A DNA stretch of 64,000 bases from Salinispira sp. (GCA_965602015.1 OZ271918.1:2368001-2432000), one strand, 5' to 3'. Counted from the stretch's first letter, positions 30,557-41,892 are shown. The notes: generated by a model from the sequence alone, not told the origin. Made by a program: numbers and translations.

Positions 30557-31000
30557 TCAGGTTCTATTGAGGGCAATCACTTCCTGAACCAGCTGATCGC
30601 AGCGCTCATTGAGTTCTATACCCGCATGGCCTTTAACCCAGGCCCACGAGGGCTGGGTTACATCTCTGAGCTCATCGAGTTTCATCCATAAATCACGGTT
30701 TTTTACCGGTTTCTTCGCCGCGGTCTTCCAACCGTTTTTCTTCCATGAGAAGATCCATTGGGTTATTCCTTTCTGCACATACTGGCTGTCAGTGTGGACA
30801 GTATAGCTGTTGGCATCGTTCCGGCTCCGAATAACTTTCAACACTTCAATCACTGCCAAAAGTTCCATGCGGTTATTTGTGGTTTGGGGATCGAAACCCG
30901 AGTCTTCCACAGCACCCGAGGGATCGTCAATTACATATGCCCAGCCTCCGGGCCCCGGATTCCCGATACAACCGCCGTCGGTAAATACTTCAATCTTCAT
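30557..31000 (-). CDS. rnhA: Ribonuclease HI
   Basis: TDGGCIGNPGPGG, TTNNRMEL, TDSQY, WVKGHAG, NERCD. Confidence 0.97.
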   Translation of the reverse strand: MKIEVFTDGGCIGNPGPGGWAYVIDDPSGAVEDSGFDPQTTNNRMELLAVIEVLKVIRSRNDANSYTVHTDSQYVQKGITQWIFSWKKNGWKTAAKKPVKNRDLWMKLDELRDVTQPSWAWVKGHAGIELNERCDQLVQEVIALNRT

Positions 31001-31047
31001 CTAGTCTCTCTTGTTAATCTCCGGACAGGCCGGATAAAATATGTGCC

Positions 31048-31524
31048 ATGGTATACCGATTCAAAACAAAGGGAAACCCGAGGGCGATAATGACCCTTGC
31101 GATGGTTTTCATCCTGCTGACCCTTGCATTCACCCTGATTCTGACTGTCCAAAGCTCGATAGGTACCGGTTTCGGAGCCCTCGCTCTGGTTGGAGCATGG
31201 TTCGTCTTCCGCATATATCGCAATCATGCCAGGTCCTACATTGAAACAAACGATGAGTCCCTGGTTTGTAAAACCGCCGTTAATGGCGAAATTCGACTAC
31301 CATGGGCGCAAATTACCCATATCGGTCTGGCAAAAAGCGAAAAAAGCCGCATGCTGTACGTCTACCAGGAATCCCAGGATCAGCTGCTGACAATTCCCGA
31401 GGATTTCCAAAATTTCAGTGGTCTGGTAAGAGAACTTTCACAAAAACCCGGCTTCGAGGAGAACCGCTTAAAAGACAGAAAGGAAATAATACGTCACCTC
31501 TCAAATATCCTCAAAAATCCGTAG
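31048..31524 (+). CDS. Hypothetical membrane protein (two TM plus small cytoplasmic domain)
   Basis: Two hydrophobic helices; TTGTTA-18-TAAAAT promoter just upstream. Confidence 0.6.
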   Translation: MVYRFKTKGNPRAIMTLAMVFILLTLAFTLILTVQSSIGTGFGALALVGAWFVFRIYRNHARSYIETNDESLVCKTAVNGEIRLPWAQITHIGLAKSEKSRMLYVYQESQDQLLTIPEDFQNFSGLVRELSQKPGFEENRLKDRKEIIRHLSNILKNP

Positions 31525-32718
31525 AATCTTTTGTGCTTGGTTCATCGCCGAATACCACTTGTAGGCGCTTACCCGCGGGTCATTGAAAGCAAACTTGCCT
31601 AAGGTATTGCCGAGATAAAATTCAACCTCTTCCGAATTTTGCACACCGATCCCAGAAAACTCATTGATTGATACTTCGAGTCTCTTTTCACCATTGAGAA
31701 CTATTCTGTTCCCGTAGAATTCCAGTCTGCCGGGTGGAAAATGAGTATCGAAAACTACTCCATCGGAGGATTGGGAAATCACCGCGGCATCATCACTGAA
31801 TATAAACCCGCCTTCGTCCTCCAATTTCCGTCGGATATCCTCTTCGAGTCGGCTCTGTTGCCACCTGTCCCATTGCACCGGATCAGTAATCTCAGCGGGG
31901 AATGTCGAATCGCATGGGAAGCCGTCTTTGCCGATGTGCATGCGGGCTCCGCAGGTTTCACAGTAGAAATCATTATCAGAACTTTTCAGACTTGAGTAGG
32001 AGGAACAGCTCGGGCAGAGGAACAGGCTTCGCTCCAAGGTTTCAGCCCGGCCATTTTTCGGCATTGGTCTGGGGTGCTCGCGAAGATAATCCCATTCATT
32101 GTGATACAGGGCATTCTGAAGCTTCGAAGTTATTTGCTGCGGCGTCATGGCCTTTATCTCATCCGGTGTGAGAAGAACCCGGTATTCGAACTCTTCGCCT
32201 GGAGCATATCGCCTGCCCTTCCATCTCGGACGGGAGATGTACCCCCCGCGGATTACCAGGCTAACAACGGGGGCTTTGAGGAGCCGGATAAGTTTTCCAG
32301 TGGAAGGCACTATTTCCATCGTTTCTCCAGCCCAGTTCACATGACCCTCGGGAAAAATGCCGATGACCGAACCGCAGTTTCTTAGCTCCATCAGAGCTCG
32401 AAGAGAACCCATATCAGAGCGAAATTTTATTTTCGGGATTGCACCGAGAAGCCTGAGCAATGCCGCCAGCGCAGGCTGCCTAAAAACAAAATCGGAAGCG
32501 ATAAAATGAACCTGCCGGTTTAATCCGATGGCGGCGAGAAATGGGTCCCATTTGTTAACATGATTGCCCAGCAAAATCATCGAACCATCAAGATGTTTTA
32601 CATCCTCGCTGACAGAAAACCGCATCCGGTAACGGGCAAAAAAAGCCAGATACGCAAAGGGTCTGAGAATCCGGTATGCTATTCGGTTAATAAGGAAACG
32701 CTTACATGAAACCGCCAT
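31501..32718 (-). CDS. Lysophospholipid acyltransferase (PlsC family) with Cys-rich insert
   Basis: NHVNKWD (HX4D), IFPEG, CPSC..CETC. Confidence 0.85.
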   Translation of the reverse strand: MAVSCKRFLINRIAYRILRPFAYLAFFARYRMRFSVSEDVKHLDGSMILLGNHVNKWDPFLAAIGLNRQVHFIASDFVFRQPALAALLRLLGAIPKIKFRSDMGSLRALMELRNCGSVIGIFPEGHVNWAGETMEIVPSTGKLIRLLKAPVVSLVIRGGYISRPRWKGRRYAPGEEFEYRVLLTPDEIKAMTPQQITSKLQNALYHNEWDYLREHPRPMPKNGRAETLERSLFLCPSCSSYSSLKSSDNDFYCETCGARMHIGKDGFPCDSTFPAEITDPVQWDRWQQSRLEEDIRRKLEDEGGFIFSDDAAVISQSSDGVVFDTHFPPGRLEFYGNRIVLNGEKRLEVSINEFSGIGVQNSEEVEFYLGNTLGKFAFNDPRVSAYKWYSAMNQAQKILRIFEDI

Positions 32719-32739
32719 GTGGTACTCCGTTGCTCGTGT

Positions 32740-35700
32740 CTAATGCCCCAACTCAAAGTGTTCTGCACAGAACTGCGCAACATCCCCGACTAATCCATGA
32801 AGACCAAGAAAGAGAGCAGAGCGCTGGTCAGCGACCACAACCGGCAGAACAATAGCTGAGTTTATCCTATCCGACAGCGTGATAAAAACCGGCAGCCGAC
32901 GACCCAGCTGCTCGCTGCGAAAGTATTCGAGCTGATTGTTTCTGATAATGTCATCAAAAAGCTCTTTGTCCGAATCTCCCCAGGATGAAAAATCATCTTC
33001 GCTAAATCCAATGGAGCCGTCAAGGGAAAGCGTACCTGCTTCGCTTCTTACGAGTGCAATGCTGATCGCATCGACTTCCCGACTCAGACGCATCATAGCT
33101 TTTAAGCTCCTGTTGCTCTTGTGAGGAAATGACGCTTGATATTGGCCGTACAATAGTCCCTGGGACCCGAGCTTTATTTTCGCGAATGATCCGGATTCGC
33201 CGTAAAACTGGCGGGAATCGCCCTGGGATTTTGAATCTTTATTGGTTTCAGCGGTTCCCAAAATATCATCCAGGTCTAGATCCTCACCGGCGAAGATATC
33301 ATGGATTCCCTGAATATCCTCCGGGCTTTCCTCCGGCTTTGTTTTTTGTTCGGAGATTTCACCGAGCAGGTTTTGCAGCTCGGGATCTTTCGTAGAGGAA
33401 CCTGTGTGATACACCGAGTCATTGATTTTTGGTATACCCTCGCTTTCGCTGATTACATCACTTCGGGAAAAACGTCTCCCGATTTCCTCCATAAGCTCAG
33501 GTATACTTATACGAATATAATCCTGTTCAAAGGCGTCTGGTCTCTCTTCACTTAAGTCATCCTGACTTTCAAGCTCATCAAGCAGTTCTATCGGCTCATC
33601 ATCACCGCCGTCGGAATATCCCAGGACACCAACCTGGTTATCATCAGCAGGTCTCAGATCAGATAAATCATCAAGATCCGACAGTTCGTCTAGATCATCA
33701 AGCACTTCGAGAACTTCAAGGGCATCGTCATCACTTTCATCCTGTTCCGTCGGAGCTTCAAGAGCGACGATCGAGTAGTCCATGGAGGATCCCATAAAAC
33801 GGTACCCGCCGGAAGACAGCGCGGATATACCGCTAAAAACTTCCGATCGCACGGGAATTATCTCTTTCGCGGGATTTTCAATATCATCCTGAAGCTGATC
33901 CATGGCTTCCAAGGCATCGCCGGGCTGCATATCTAAATCAAACTCAGCAATATCGGGAAGCTCCAAATCGATATCGCGAATTGCCTGTTCTATATCCAGG
34001 TCGTCAACATATCCATCACCAGTAGAATCTTTATTGACAATGCTATCGAAGTCGGAGACCTCTTCGGAATCATCCTCCATAATGGAATCGGTCTTGAAGT
34101 CCGCTCCATTCTCGCCGACTCGCTTATCAAACTCGGGTCGTTCCGGGGAACCGAGAATTTCGGTAAGATCTTCATCGAGTTCTTCTATGCCATCAGGTTG
34201 AATTGCAAGGGCTACAGGTTCACCGAGGTCCTCGCCTGCGGCGATCTCGCCAAGCTCTTCGACGTCACCGGCCTCTTCGATTTCCTCGATCTCTTCTATT
34301 TCTTCGACTTCGGACAGCTCGTCGGCTTCATCGTGCTCGGAAACTTCCTCCACTTCAACCGGTTCGCCGAGGCCCTCGCCTGCGGCGATATCGCCGAGCT
34401 CTTCGACGGAACCGACCTCTTCGATTTCCTCGATCTCTTCTATTTCTTCGACTTCGGACAGCTCGTCGGCTTCATCGTGCTCGGAAACTTCCTCCACTTC
34501 AACCGGTTCGCCGAGGTCCTCATTTGCGGCGATCTCGCCGAGCTCCTCGACGGCACCGGCCTCTTCGATTTCCTCAAACTCTTCTATTTCTCCGACTTCG
34601 GACAGCTCATCGGCTTCCTCGATCTCGGAAACTTCCTCTACCTCAACCGGTTCGCCGAGGTCCTCGCCTGCGGCGATATCGCCAAGCTCTTCGACGTCAC
34701 CGGCCTCTTCGATTTCATCGATCTCTTCTATTTCTTCGACTTCGGACAGCTCTTCGGCTTCATCGAGCTCGGAAACTTCCTCCACTTCAACCGGTTCGCC
34801 GAGGTCCTCGCCTGCGGCGATATCGCCGAGCTCTTCAACGGCACCGGCCTCTTCGATTTCCTCGATCTCATCTATTTCTTCGACTTCGGACAGCTCTTCG
34901 GCTTCATCGAGCTCGGAAACTTCCTCCACTTCAACCGGTTCGCCGAGGTCCTCGCCTGCGGCGATATCGCCGAGCTCTTCAACGGCACCGGCCTCTTCGA
35001 TTTCCTCGATCTCTTCTATTTCTTCGACTTCGGACAGCTCATCTTCTAACTCAGCGGGTTCTTGATTCCCTTGTTTCTTCTGAGGTACGGGGAGACCAGC
35101 GGGAATGGCGTTAGGATTTAATCCTGTATGTTCAAGCCGGGCCGCAATGTTTTCCACGAGTTGTTCAAGATACCGAGCGTCAAAGTTCACATTGCTGATC
35201 TGGTTTGTCATTCGGCGGCTGCCGAGGATATCGAGTATGTCGTCCCAACTGCTGTCGATGAGTTCATCGTATAGTTGTCGGTCCCGTTTGGTAATTCCGC
35301 TGGTGATACGCTTTTTTATGTCGTCTTTCCGGCTTCGCAACTCTGATTGCCATTTTGCGACATCTATGTTGCCTCTCTGATCCACCGCCTCTTGAAGAAG
35401 GTCGAGTTGAAAACGCTTAACCCGGTCGCGTATCACGACTTCGCTATCCTGCCGAATATTTAACAGGAGAAAAATGAGGAGAAAGGCAGTAAAAAAGAGA
35501 AGCAGGTTGAGAAAAATGATCATGCCGGTGCTCAGCTCTAGTTCAGACAGGGGTACAAGGAAGACTGAACTGCTTTGCTGATCGCCAAGGATCCGTACTA
35601 AAACTTCACCCTGACCATCAATGCTCAAAGTGAGGGCCTCAGAGTTTTTCAAGGCGTCCCAGCGCTCAGTCAATGATCCGACGACTCCTTCAGCTCGCTG

Positions 35701-36396
35701 GGGTGGATTAATGATGAGTCCGTCGGGGGGAAAAATCCGAATTTCGCCCCCAAAGGGTATCAGTTGCTCTCTTGTTAGAATATTGGTAAGGGAACTGGTA
35801 TCGAATTCGAACAGGGCGTAACCGGAAAAAATATCAAAATTGTTATAGACGGGTATGAGATAGATAAAAAGCTGGAATTCCTCGGAAATTCTACGGATCC
35901 AGGACCCGCGATCTTCCGAAGCTAAGTCCTGTACTGTGCCTTCCAAATCGAAGGGAAAATCGAGATCCTCAACCGGAAAATAGCGAATGCCGCTTGTACC
36001 GCGAAATTCAATATCGGAGAAACGGGAGGAATACTCGAGATTTACCAACTGATCGTCTACTATCCGCAGCGAACGTAACGCTGGAAAACCGGAAGTGAAC
36101 TCATCGAGAAGATCCTCTCTAACGTTTATATCCTGGCTCGACTGATTAAGATTAAAGCTGTTTTGAAACGCGGGTTGAGTAACGAGATTTTGTCCTTCGT
36201 TTATGATTTCGGACTGATATTCCTGAAAGACGGAATTCACCCGTTGAAGTTCGGAGTCCACGCTCTCCAGAACCCGGGCGTTGTAGAAGGTGGTTTCAAA
36301 TCTGTCGAAGAACCCCGTAAAGCCAGCTACCAGGAAGGCTCCAGTGACGACCATCCCGACTAACAGGCTTATGAGGAGCTTTTTAATGCTTCCCAT
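32740..36396 (-). CDS. Large membrane protein: two TM, periplasmic domain, long acidic repeat region
   Basis: 1218-aa ORF; hydrophobic segments at the N-terminus and near aa 290-312; E/D-rich cytoplasmic tail. Confidence 0.8.
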   Translation of the reverse strand: MGSIKKLLISLLVGMVVTGAFLVAGFTGFFDRFETTFYNARVLESVDSELQRVNSVFQEYQSEIINEGQNLVTQPAFQNSFNLNQSSQDINVREDLLDEFTSGFPALRSLRIVDDQLVNLEYSSRFSDIEFRGTSGIRYFPVEDLDFPFDLEGTVQDLASEDRGSWIRRISEEFQLFIYLIPVYNNFDIFSGYALFEFDTSSLTNILTREQLIPFGGEIRIFPPDGLIINPPQRAEGVVGSLTERWDALKNSEALTLSIDGQGEVLVRILGDQQSSSVFLVPLSELELSTGMIIFLNLLLFFTAFLLIFLLLNIRQDSEVVIRDRVKRFQLDLLQEAVDQRGNIDVAKWQSELRSRKDDIKKRITSGITKRDRQLYDELIDSSWDDILDILGSRRMTNQISNVNFDARYLEQLVENIAARLEHTGLNPNAIPAGLPVPQKKQGNQEPAELEDELSEVEEIEEIEEIEEAGAVEELGDIAAGEDLGEPVEVEEVSELDEAEELSEVEEIDEIEEIEEAGAVEELGDIAAGEDLGEPVEVEEVSELDEAEELSEVEEIEEIDEIEEAGDVEELGDIAAGEDLGEPVEVEEVSEIEEADELSEVGEIEEFEEIEEAGAVEELGEIAANEDLGEPVEVEEVSEHDEADELSEVEEIEEIEEIEEVGSVEELGDIAAGEGLGEPVEVEEVSEHDEADELSEVEEIEEIEEIEEAGDVEELGEIAAGEDLGEPVALAIQPDGIEELDEDLTEILGSPERPEFDKRVGENGADFKTDSIMEDDSEEVSDFDSIVNKDSTGDGYVDDLDIEQAIRDIDLELPDIAEFDLDMQPGDALEAMDQLQDDIENPAKEIIPVRSEVFSGISALSSGGYRFMGSSMDYSIVALEAPTEQDESDDDALEVLEVLDDLDELSDLDDLSDLRPADDNQVGVLGYSDGGDDEPIELLDELESQDDLSEERPDAFEQDYIRISIPELMEEIGRRFSRSDVISESEGIPKINDSVYHTGSSTKDPELQNLLGEISEQKTKPEESPEDIQGIHDIFAGEDLDLDDILGTAETNKDSKSQGDSRQFYGESGSFAKIKLGSQGLLYGQYQASFPHKSNRSLKAMMRLSREVDAISIALVRSEAGTLSLDGSIGFSEDDFSSWGDSDKELFDDIIRNNQLEYFRSEQLGRRLPVFITLSDRINSAIVLPVVVADQRSALFLGLHGLVGDVAQFCAEHFELGH
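34213..35040 (-). repeat. 144-bp (48-aa) intragenic tandem repeat, about 5.75 copies
   Basis: CGGACAGCTC recurs at 34311, 34455, 34599, 34743, 34887 and 35031. Confidence 0.95.
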
Positions 36397-36494
36397 ATAT
36401 CAAATATCCGCAGACCTTTTCGTATAACTATATCGACATTATCAAGCTTAGACAAAAGGGTTAAGTTGCCCTCCTTTCCACCCATCATCGGAGC

Positions 36495-36530
36495 AAAAAA
36501 AAACAGAAGATCCTGTTGAATCTTCTGTTT
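36495..36530 (-). terminator. Intrinsic terminator ending the ribosomal protein cluster
   Basis: AAACAGAAGAT-N8-ATCTTCTGTTT stem with an A9 run. Confidence 0.8.
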
Positions 36531-36572
36531 CATAGAATAACGCCGATCAATGCACTGCGTCTGCCGGTCTTA

Positions 36573-36938
36573 TTATTCAGCAGCGCGTTCTACTAGTTCC
36601 AACAATACCATTTCAGCGGCATCTCCGGAACGCTGACCGAGTTTGTAAACCCGGGTGTATCCGCCGTTCCGTTCCTTGAAGCGGGGGCCGATGTCGGTGA
36701 AGAGTTTCGCGAGAATCTCTTTGTCCTTAATCCGACGCCCGACCATTCTCCGGTTGTGTACCGAATCTTCCTTAGCCCGGGTGATCATTTTCTCGGCAGT
36801 CCGGCGGATTTCCATTGCCTTAGTCTTGGTAGTCTTTATCCGCTCATACCGAAAAAGTGAAGTGACCATATTCCGGGTCAGTGATTCCCGATGGCTTGCT
36901 TTTCTCCCCAGGGGGTTATAACCGATTTTATGCCTCAT
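36573..36938 (-). CDS. rplQ: 50S ribosomal protein L17
   Basis: [19 protein letters not shown]. Confidence 0.97.
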   Translation of the reverse strand: MRHKIGYNPLGRKASHRESLTRNMVTSLFRYERIKTTKTKAMEIRRTAEKMITRAKEDSVHNRRMVGRRIKDKEILAKLFTDIGPRFKERNGGYTRVYKLGQRSGDAAEMVLLELVERAAE

Positions 36939-37986
36939 CGTTCACATCTTCCTTCTTCTCCGGCACCCGGGCAGTTCCTTTCAAGGAACTATAATCAGTC
37001 ATTCCAAGCGAAAGGTTCCACTCTTTGAGCTTTTCCTTTATTTCCTGGAGCGACTTCTTCCCGAAGTTCCGGGTTTTTGCTATTTCATCTTCTGTCTTGG
37101 AGGTCAGGTCGCCGATGGTCTTGATGCTCGCGTTCTTCAGGCAATTGCTCGAGCGAACGGATAATTCAAGCTCTTCGACGGGAGTATCGAGGATGGCCTG
37201 AATGCGGGCATTCTCTTCATCCACGTCTTCTTCAGCCAGAATATCGTTCTCATCGAAGTTGATAAAAATCGTGAAGTGATCCTTCGCGATCTTAGCAGCC
37301 TCAGCCAGAGCGTCATCGGGCTTGATGGTACCATCGGTCCACACTTCCAAAGTCAGCTTGTCATAATCGGCACGGTTACCAACCCGAGTGTCTTCGGTTG
37401 AATACACAACACGGCGAATTGGCGAGAACACCGCATCAACCGGTATGGTCCCGATTATTTCAATATATTTTTCATTTAACTCCGCGGGTACGTAGCCGCG
37501 GCCGAGATCTATCTGGATCTCGATTTCAAGGTTCGCCTTGGGCATACAGCTTAGGAGGTGCAAATCCTTGTTGATGACTTCGACGTCGCTGTCGACTTCC
37601 AGGCTCGCGCCGGTCATCTTTCCCTCACCCTTCACTTCAACCATAATGGTTTTTTGCTCAGTGTCCTCGGGCAACTGGATCTGCAGCTGTTTGAGGCTGT
37701 TAATGAAATCGGAAGTATCTTCCACGACCTCAGGAATCGCCTCATATTCGCTGGACAACACATGCGCGTTGCCGTCGGCATCGTAGGAGGTAATCCGGAT
37801 AGCGGTTACTGCATATCCCTGGATGCTAGAGAGGAGAATCCGTCGAAGGGAGTTGCCAATCGTAGTACCGTATCCCCGTTCGAAGGGATAGGCTACAAAA
37901 CGCCCGTAATCGGGATTTACTTCGCTGTACTCAAAGGTGATTCCCTTTGGTTTTTTAAAACCTTTTAACAGGTTTTTCCGTGCCAT
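36928..37986 (-). CDS. rpoA: RNA polymerase alpha subunit
   Basis: [38 protein letters not shown]. Confidence 0.98.
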   Translation of the reverse strand: MARKNLLKGFKKPKGITFEYSEVNPDYGRFVAYPFERGYGTTIGNSLRRILLSSIQGYAVTAIRITSYDADGNAHVLSSEYEAIPEVVEDTSDFINSLKQLQIQLPEDTEQKTIMVEVKGEGKMTGASLEVDSDVEVINKDLHLLSCMPKANLEIEIQIDLGRGYVPAELNEKYIEIIGTIPVDAVFSPIRRVVYSTEDTRVGNRADYDKLTLEVWTDGTIKPDDALAEAAKIAKDHFTIFINFDENDILAEEDVDEENARIQAILDTPVEELELSVRSSNCLKNASIKTIGDLTSKTEDEIAKTRNFGKKSLQEIKEKLKEWNLSLGMTDYSSLKGTARVPEKKEDVNDEA

Positions 37987-38117
37987 GTATTCTCCTTGGT
38001 TGCATAGGCGAAAAGACTGCCGAGGCAGCCCTGAATCACCTTTATTACCTGGTTTTTTATCTCATATATCGGCGCGGAGCCCGGGCAGCCAAGATTATCT
38101 GCTCGGGCTCACCGAGA

Positions 38118-38501
38118 TTAGACTCTTCGAGTCTTTCTGGGACGGCAGCCGTTATGCGGAATGGGCGTAACATCCTTGATGCTTTTGACCCTCAGACCCA
38201 GGTTGCCCAGAGAACGGATTGCGCTTTCGCGCCCGACGCCGGGACCCTTTACGAATACATGCACTTCTTTCAAGCCGGAATCCATGGCCTTCTGTGCGGC
38301 GGTTTCCGCAGTAGTCTGAGCAGCATAGGGAGTGGACTTTTTCGCACCCTTGAAGCCGAGACCGCCCGCACTGGCCCAGGAGATGGTATTACCCCGAAGG
38401 TCGGAAATGGTGACGATTGTATTGTTAAACGTCGCCTGAATGTGAACCTGACCCTCGAATACCGTCTTTTTCTCTTTTTTCTTTTTGCTAACCTTAGCCA
38501 A
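38118..38501 (-). CDS. rpsK: 30S ribosomal protein S11
   Basis: [21 protein letters not shown]. Confidence 0.97.
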   Translation of the reverse strand: MAKVSKKKKEKKTVFEGQVHIQATFNNTIVTISDLRGNTISWASAGGLGFKGAKKSTPYAAQTTAETAAQKAMDSGLKEVHVFVKGPGVGRESAIRSLGNLGLRVKSIKDVTPIPHNGCRPRKTRRV

Positions 38502-38519
38502 TTAAACCCTCCAGGGTAT

Positions 38520-38885
38520 TTACTTCTTCTTACCTGCGACGGTCTTCTTCTTACCCTTTCGGGTGCGGGCATTGGTCTGGGTGCGCTGTCCGCGAACCGG
38601 AAGCCCCTTTCTGTGCCGAAGACCACGGTAGGATCCAATATCCATGAGGCGCTTGATATTAAGACTGATCTCAGTCCTCAAACGACCTTCAACCTTGTAC
38701 TCGTTTTCAATGATTCCCCGAAGAGCGTTTGTCTCCTCGGACGTCAGTTCATTGGTTCTTTTATCCCGGGCGATCCCGGCCTTGTCACAGATTTCCTGCG
38801 CCGAGGTTCGGCCAATACCGAAGATATAAGTAAGAGCAATTTCAATGTGTTTGTTAGGTAAGTCTACACCGGCAATACGCGCCAT
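38520..38885 (-). CDS. rpsM: 30S ribosomal protein S13
   Basis: [24 protein letters not shown]. Confidence 0.97.
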   Translation of the reverse strand: MARIAGVDLPNKHIEIALTYIFGIGRTSAQEICDKAGIARDKRTNELTSEETNALRGIIENEYKVEGRLRTEISLNIKRLMDIGSYRGLRHRKGLPVRGQRTQTNARTRKGKKKTVAGKKK

Positions 38886-38897
38886 TTACGACCCCTC

Positions 38898-39011
38898 CTA
38901 CTTTTGTCTCTGCTTGTGCTTGGGATTTTCGCAGATGATGCGTACAACCCCCCGCCGCCGAATAACTTTGCATTTGTCACAGATCGGCTTAACACTAACC
39001 CGTACTTTCAT
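38898..39011 (-). CDS. rpmJ: 50S ribosomal protein L36
   Basis: Manual translation [37 protein letters not shown]; too short for the ORF track. Confidence 0.97.
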   Translation of the reverse strand: MKVRVSVKPICDKCKVIRRRGVVRIICENPKHKQRQK

Positions 39012-39029
39012 GTTCCGTTCCTTTTTACT

Positions 39030-40355
39030 TTACAAATTTCGGGACTTGATGCGTCCCTTCTTTGTAAGACCGTCCTGATGGTGCATCCGAAGCTGCCCAT
39101 CAATCTGGCTCATCAGGTCGAGGTCAACGCCGACGAGAATCAGCAGCGAGGTACCGCCCATCAGAAATGCTACCTGAGAGGGGAAGTTGAACACCGACTG
39201 CGCGATGGTCGGGATGACCGCAATAAATGCCAGGAATAATGCACCCGGAAGGATAATCCGGTTCAGTACCCGCGACATATGATCTTCCATCTTGTCCGCC
39301 CGGATTCCCGGAATCGAACCGCCATTCTCCCGGATTTGCCGGGAAATTTCAATGGGGTTGAGGGAAACCTGGGTGTAAAAGTATGCAAAGAATACAATTA
39401 GGAGCGTATAAATGATTATGTAGGGGGCTCCGTCAGGTCTCAGCCAGTTCTGCAGATTCTGCAGCCACCGGACGTTCGATGCCAGACCGCTTGCGATCTG
39501 GATGGGAAACGTCAGGATTGAGCTTGCAAAAATGACCGGAATGACACCCGAGGGGTTGATTTTGAAGGGAATGTAGGTGCTTTGAGCGCCGTACATTTTC
39601 CTGCCAACAACCCGCTTTGCATAGTTTACCGGAATCTTTCTCTGTCCCTTCTGCTCGTAAATTACCAGCACGATTACCGCTACGAACATAAGGCCCGCGA
39701 GCATTACGAATACCGGGTTCAGCGTGTTGTTCCGGATACCCTGTATAAGGGACCATACCGCTCCGGGCATCCGCGCCACGATTCCCGCAAAAATTATCAG
39801 CGAAATACCGTTGCCGATTCCCCGCTGGTTAATCTGCTCGCCCATCCACATCAGGAAGAGGGTACCAACGGTAACAGACATCATCGCGAAAATGGTAAAG
39901 GCGAGAGGGCTGTTCAGGGCAATGGCGCCGGGAATACTGGATGCATAGGTCCGGACGACTACCGACTGAATAATGGCAACCACAACGGTACCGTATCGGA
40001 TGTATCTCTGGATTTTCTTGGTTCCGCCCTCTTCGGTCTGCAGCTTCTTAAGAGAAGGAAACACCAGCAGCAGGAGCTGCATGATGATCGACATCGAGAT
40101 GTAGGGCATGATACCCAGCATAAATACCGAAAAGTTGGAAAAGGCGCCGCCGGAGAAAAAATCCAGGTACCCGGTGATGCTCAATCCGCTTCCGCTCTGC
40201 TGGGCGGTAATAGCCGCCTGAACCGCGCTGACATCGATACCCGGGATGGGAATAAAGGTTCCCACCCGGTAAATCACCAGCACGCCGAGGGTAAAGAGGA
40301 TTCGATCACGCAGATCTTTAATCCTGAAAATGTCCGTCAACGGATTATTCGCCAT
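39030..40355 (-). CDS. secY: Preprotein translocase SecY
   Basis: LGIMPYISMSII, GIGNGISLIIFAGI, GVIPVIFA, GGTSLLI. Confidence 0.98.
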   Translation of the reverse strand: MANNPLTDIFRIKDLRDRILFTLGVLVIYRVGTFIPIPGIDVSAVQAAITAQQSGSGLSITGYLDFFSGGAFSNFSVFMLGIMPYISMSIIMQLLLLVFPSLKKLQTEEGGTKKIQRYIRYGTVVVAIIQSVVVRTYASSIPGAIALNSPLAFTIFAMMSVTVGTLFLMWMGEQINQRGIGNGISLIIFAGIVARMPGAVWSLIQGIRNNTLNPVFVMLAGLMFVAVIVLVIYEQKGQRKIPVNYAKRVVGRKMYGAQSTYIPFKINPSGVIPVIFASSILTFPIQIASGLASNVRWLQNLQNWLRPDGAPYIIIYTLLIVFFAYFYTQVSLNPIEISRQIRENGGSIPGIRADKMEDHMSRVLNRIILPGALFLAFIAVIPTIAQSVFNFPSQVAFLMGGTSLLILVGVDLDLMSQIDGQLRMHHQDGLTKKGRIKSRNL

Positions 40356-40821
40356 CGTTCTGATCCTGTTCTTCGAGCACCTTTATTTCGGTAACGCTTC
40401 CGCCCGCCGCTTCGATTTTCGCCTTCGCTGAAGCTGAAACGGATACGAACTCAACGTTCACTTTTTTCTTAATCTCGCCGCCGCCGAGGATTTTCACTGC
40501 GCTTTGGCTGGCCTTGATAAGGCCCTTAGCGAGCAATGTTTCAAGAGAAACAGTTTCCCCGCTTTTGTACTTGGTCTGAATTGCATCGAGATTAAGAACG
40601 ACGTATTCCTGCTTGAAGGGATAATTGCTGAATCCCCGACGGGCGATACGTCTGTACAAGGGCATCTGTCCACCCTCGAATCCGGGACGAACACCGCCCC
40701 CGGAACGGGCGTTCTGACCGTTGTTACCCTTTCCTGCGGTACAGCCAAGGCCACTGCCCTGACCGCGCCCTACCCGCTTTTTAGCACGGGTGGAACCGCT
40801 GGGTTTATTGATCATACTCAT
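40345..40821 (-). CDS. rplO: 50S ribosomal protein L15
   Basis: [17 protein letters not shown]. Confidence 0.97.
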   Translation of the reverse strand: MSMINKPSGSTRAKKRVGRGQGSGLGCTAGKGNNGQNARSGGGVRPGFEGGQMPLYRRIARRGFSNYPFKQEYVVLNLDAIQTKYKSGETVSLETLLAKGLIKASQSAVKILGGGEIKKKVNVEFVSVSASAKAKIEAAGGSVTEIKVLEEQDQNDGE

Positions 40822-41000
40822 TTTTTAATCTCCTCTACTTCAAGGAGGTAGCCGACTGAGTCGATCATTCCCTGAATCATGGGATTAAGCTCTTTATCCA
40901 CCGACTGGTTCATCTTCCGAAGACCGAGGGCTTCAACTGTCGCCCGATGCTTCGGCTTTCGGCCGATGGGACTCTTTTTCAAGGTAATCCGTACTTTCAT
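40818..41000 (-). CDS. rpmD: 50S ribosomal protein L30
   Basis: KSPIGR..LGLRK; spc operon position. Confidence 0.95.
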   Translation of the reverse strand: MKVRITLKKSPIGRKPKHRATVEALGLRKMNQSVDKELNPMIQGMIDSVGYLLEVEEIKK

Positions 41001-41006
41001 TGTTAG

Positions 41007-41522
41007 TTACCCCCAGAGTTCCTTCAGGCTCTTGCCGCGGTTTGCGGCGACCTTTTTAGCATCGAAGAGATTCTCCAGCCCCTGGAAGGTGGCCTTAACC
41101 ACGTTAATGGCATTTTGGCTTCCGAGTGACTTGCTGAGAACATCGCTCACACCGCCGCACTCCAGAATTGCCCGTACCGCCCCGCCGGCGATTACGCCGG
41201 CCCCGGGAGCCGCAGGCTTCAGCAAAATGGAAGAACTCTTATACTTACCGGTGATCGTATGAGGCAATGTCCCGTTTTTGATGGGCAGGGTGATCATTCC
41301 CTTCTTGCCCTTCTCAACAGCCTTTCGGATTGCCTCGGATACATCGTTGGCCTTACCAAATCCGAATCCGACCTTCCCCTTTTTGTCGCCGACGACGACA
41401 AGCGCGGAGAAACTGAACCGGCGCCCGCCTTTTACAACCTTGGCGACCCGGTTGAGCTGGATCAGTTTTTCGGTAAACTCTTTATCATGATCGCGATCGC
41501 GACCTCTGTTTCTTCTATCCAC
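41007..41522 (-). CDS. rpsE: 30S ribosomal protein S5
   Basis: [15 protein letters not shown]. Confidence 0.97.
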   Translation of the reverse strand: MDRRNRGRDRDHDKEFTEKLIQLNRVAKVVKGGRRFSFSALVVVGDKKGKVGFGFGKANDVSEAIRKAVEKGKKGMITLPIKNGTLPHTITGKYKSSSILLKPAAPGAGVIAGGAVRAILECGGVSDVLSKSLGSQNAINVVKATFQGLENLFDAKKVAANRGKSLKELWG

Positions 41523-41532
41523 GTCTTCCTCC

Positions 41533-41892
41533 CTAGAACCTGATCCCGGACTTCCGGGCTCCGTCTGCGAAGGCCTTGATAACCCCGTGATAGAGCATAC
41601 CGTTCCGGTCGAAAACCACTTCCTCGATTTTTAGCTCCTTGAGCTTGGCGCCCAAGGCTTCACCGAGCTTGCCGGCATCTTCAATGTTGACCTTCAGTTT
41701 CTTAAACTCTTCAGCCTGGGTTGAGACCGAGGCGATGGTATGACCCTTCGCATCATCAATAACCTGGGCATACATATTCTTGTTGCTCTTGAAGACGCTC
41801 AGCCGAGGCCGATTTTCGCTTCCGGTTATCTTCTTCCGGACACGCATCTTTCGTTTGCGGAGTCTCCGCTGTTTTTCAACCAATTTTTTCAT
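41533..41892 (-). CDS. rplR: 50S ribosomal protein L18
   Basis: [16 protein letters not shown]. Confidence 0.97.
   Translation of the reverse strand: MKKLVEKQRRLRKRKMRVRKKITGSENRPRLSVFKSNKNMYAQVIDDAKGHTIASVSTQAEEFKKLKVNIEDAGKLGEALGAKLKELKIEEVVFDRNGMLYHGVIKAFADGARKSGIRF

Noticed and set aside
34198..35114. Phe/Asp/Leu-rich and Arg-rich repetitive plus-strand ORFs
   Set aside because: Alternative frames of the acidic repeat, open only because the repeat lacks stops.
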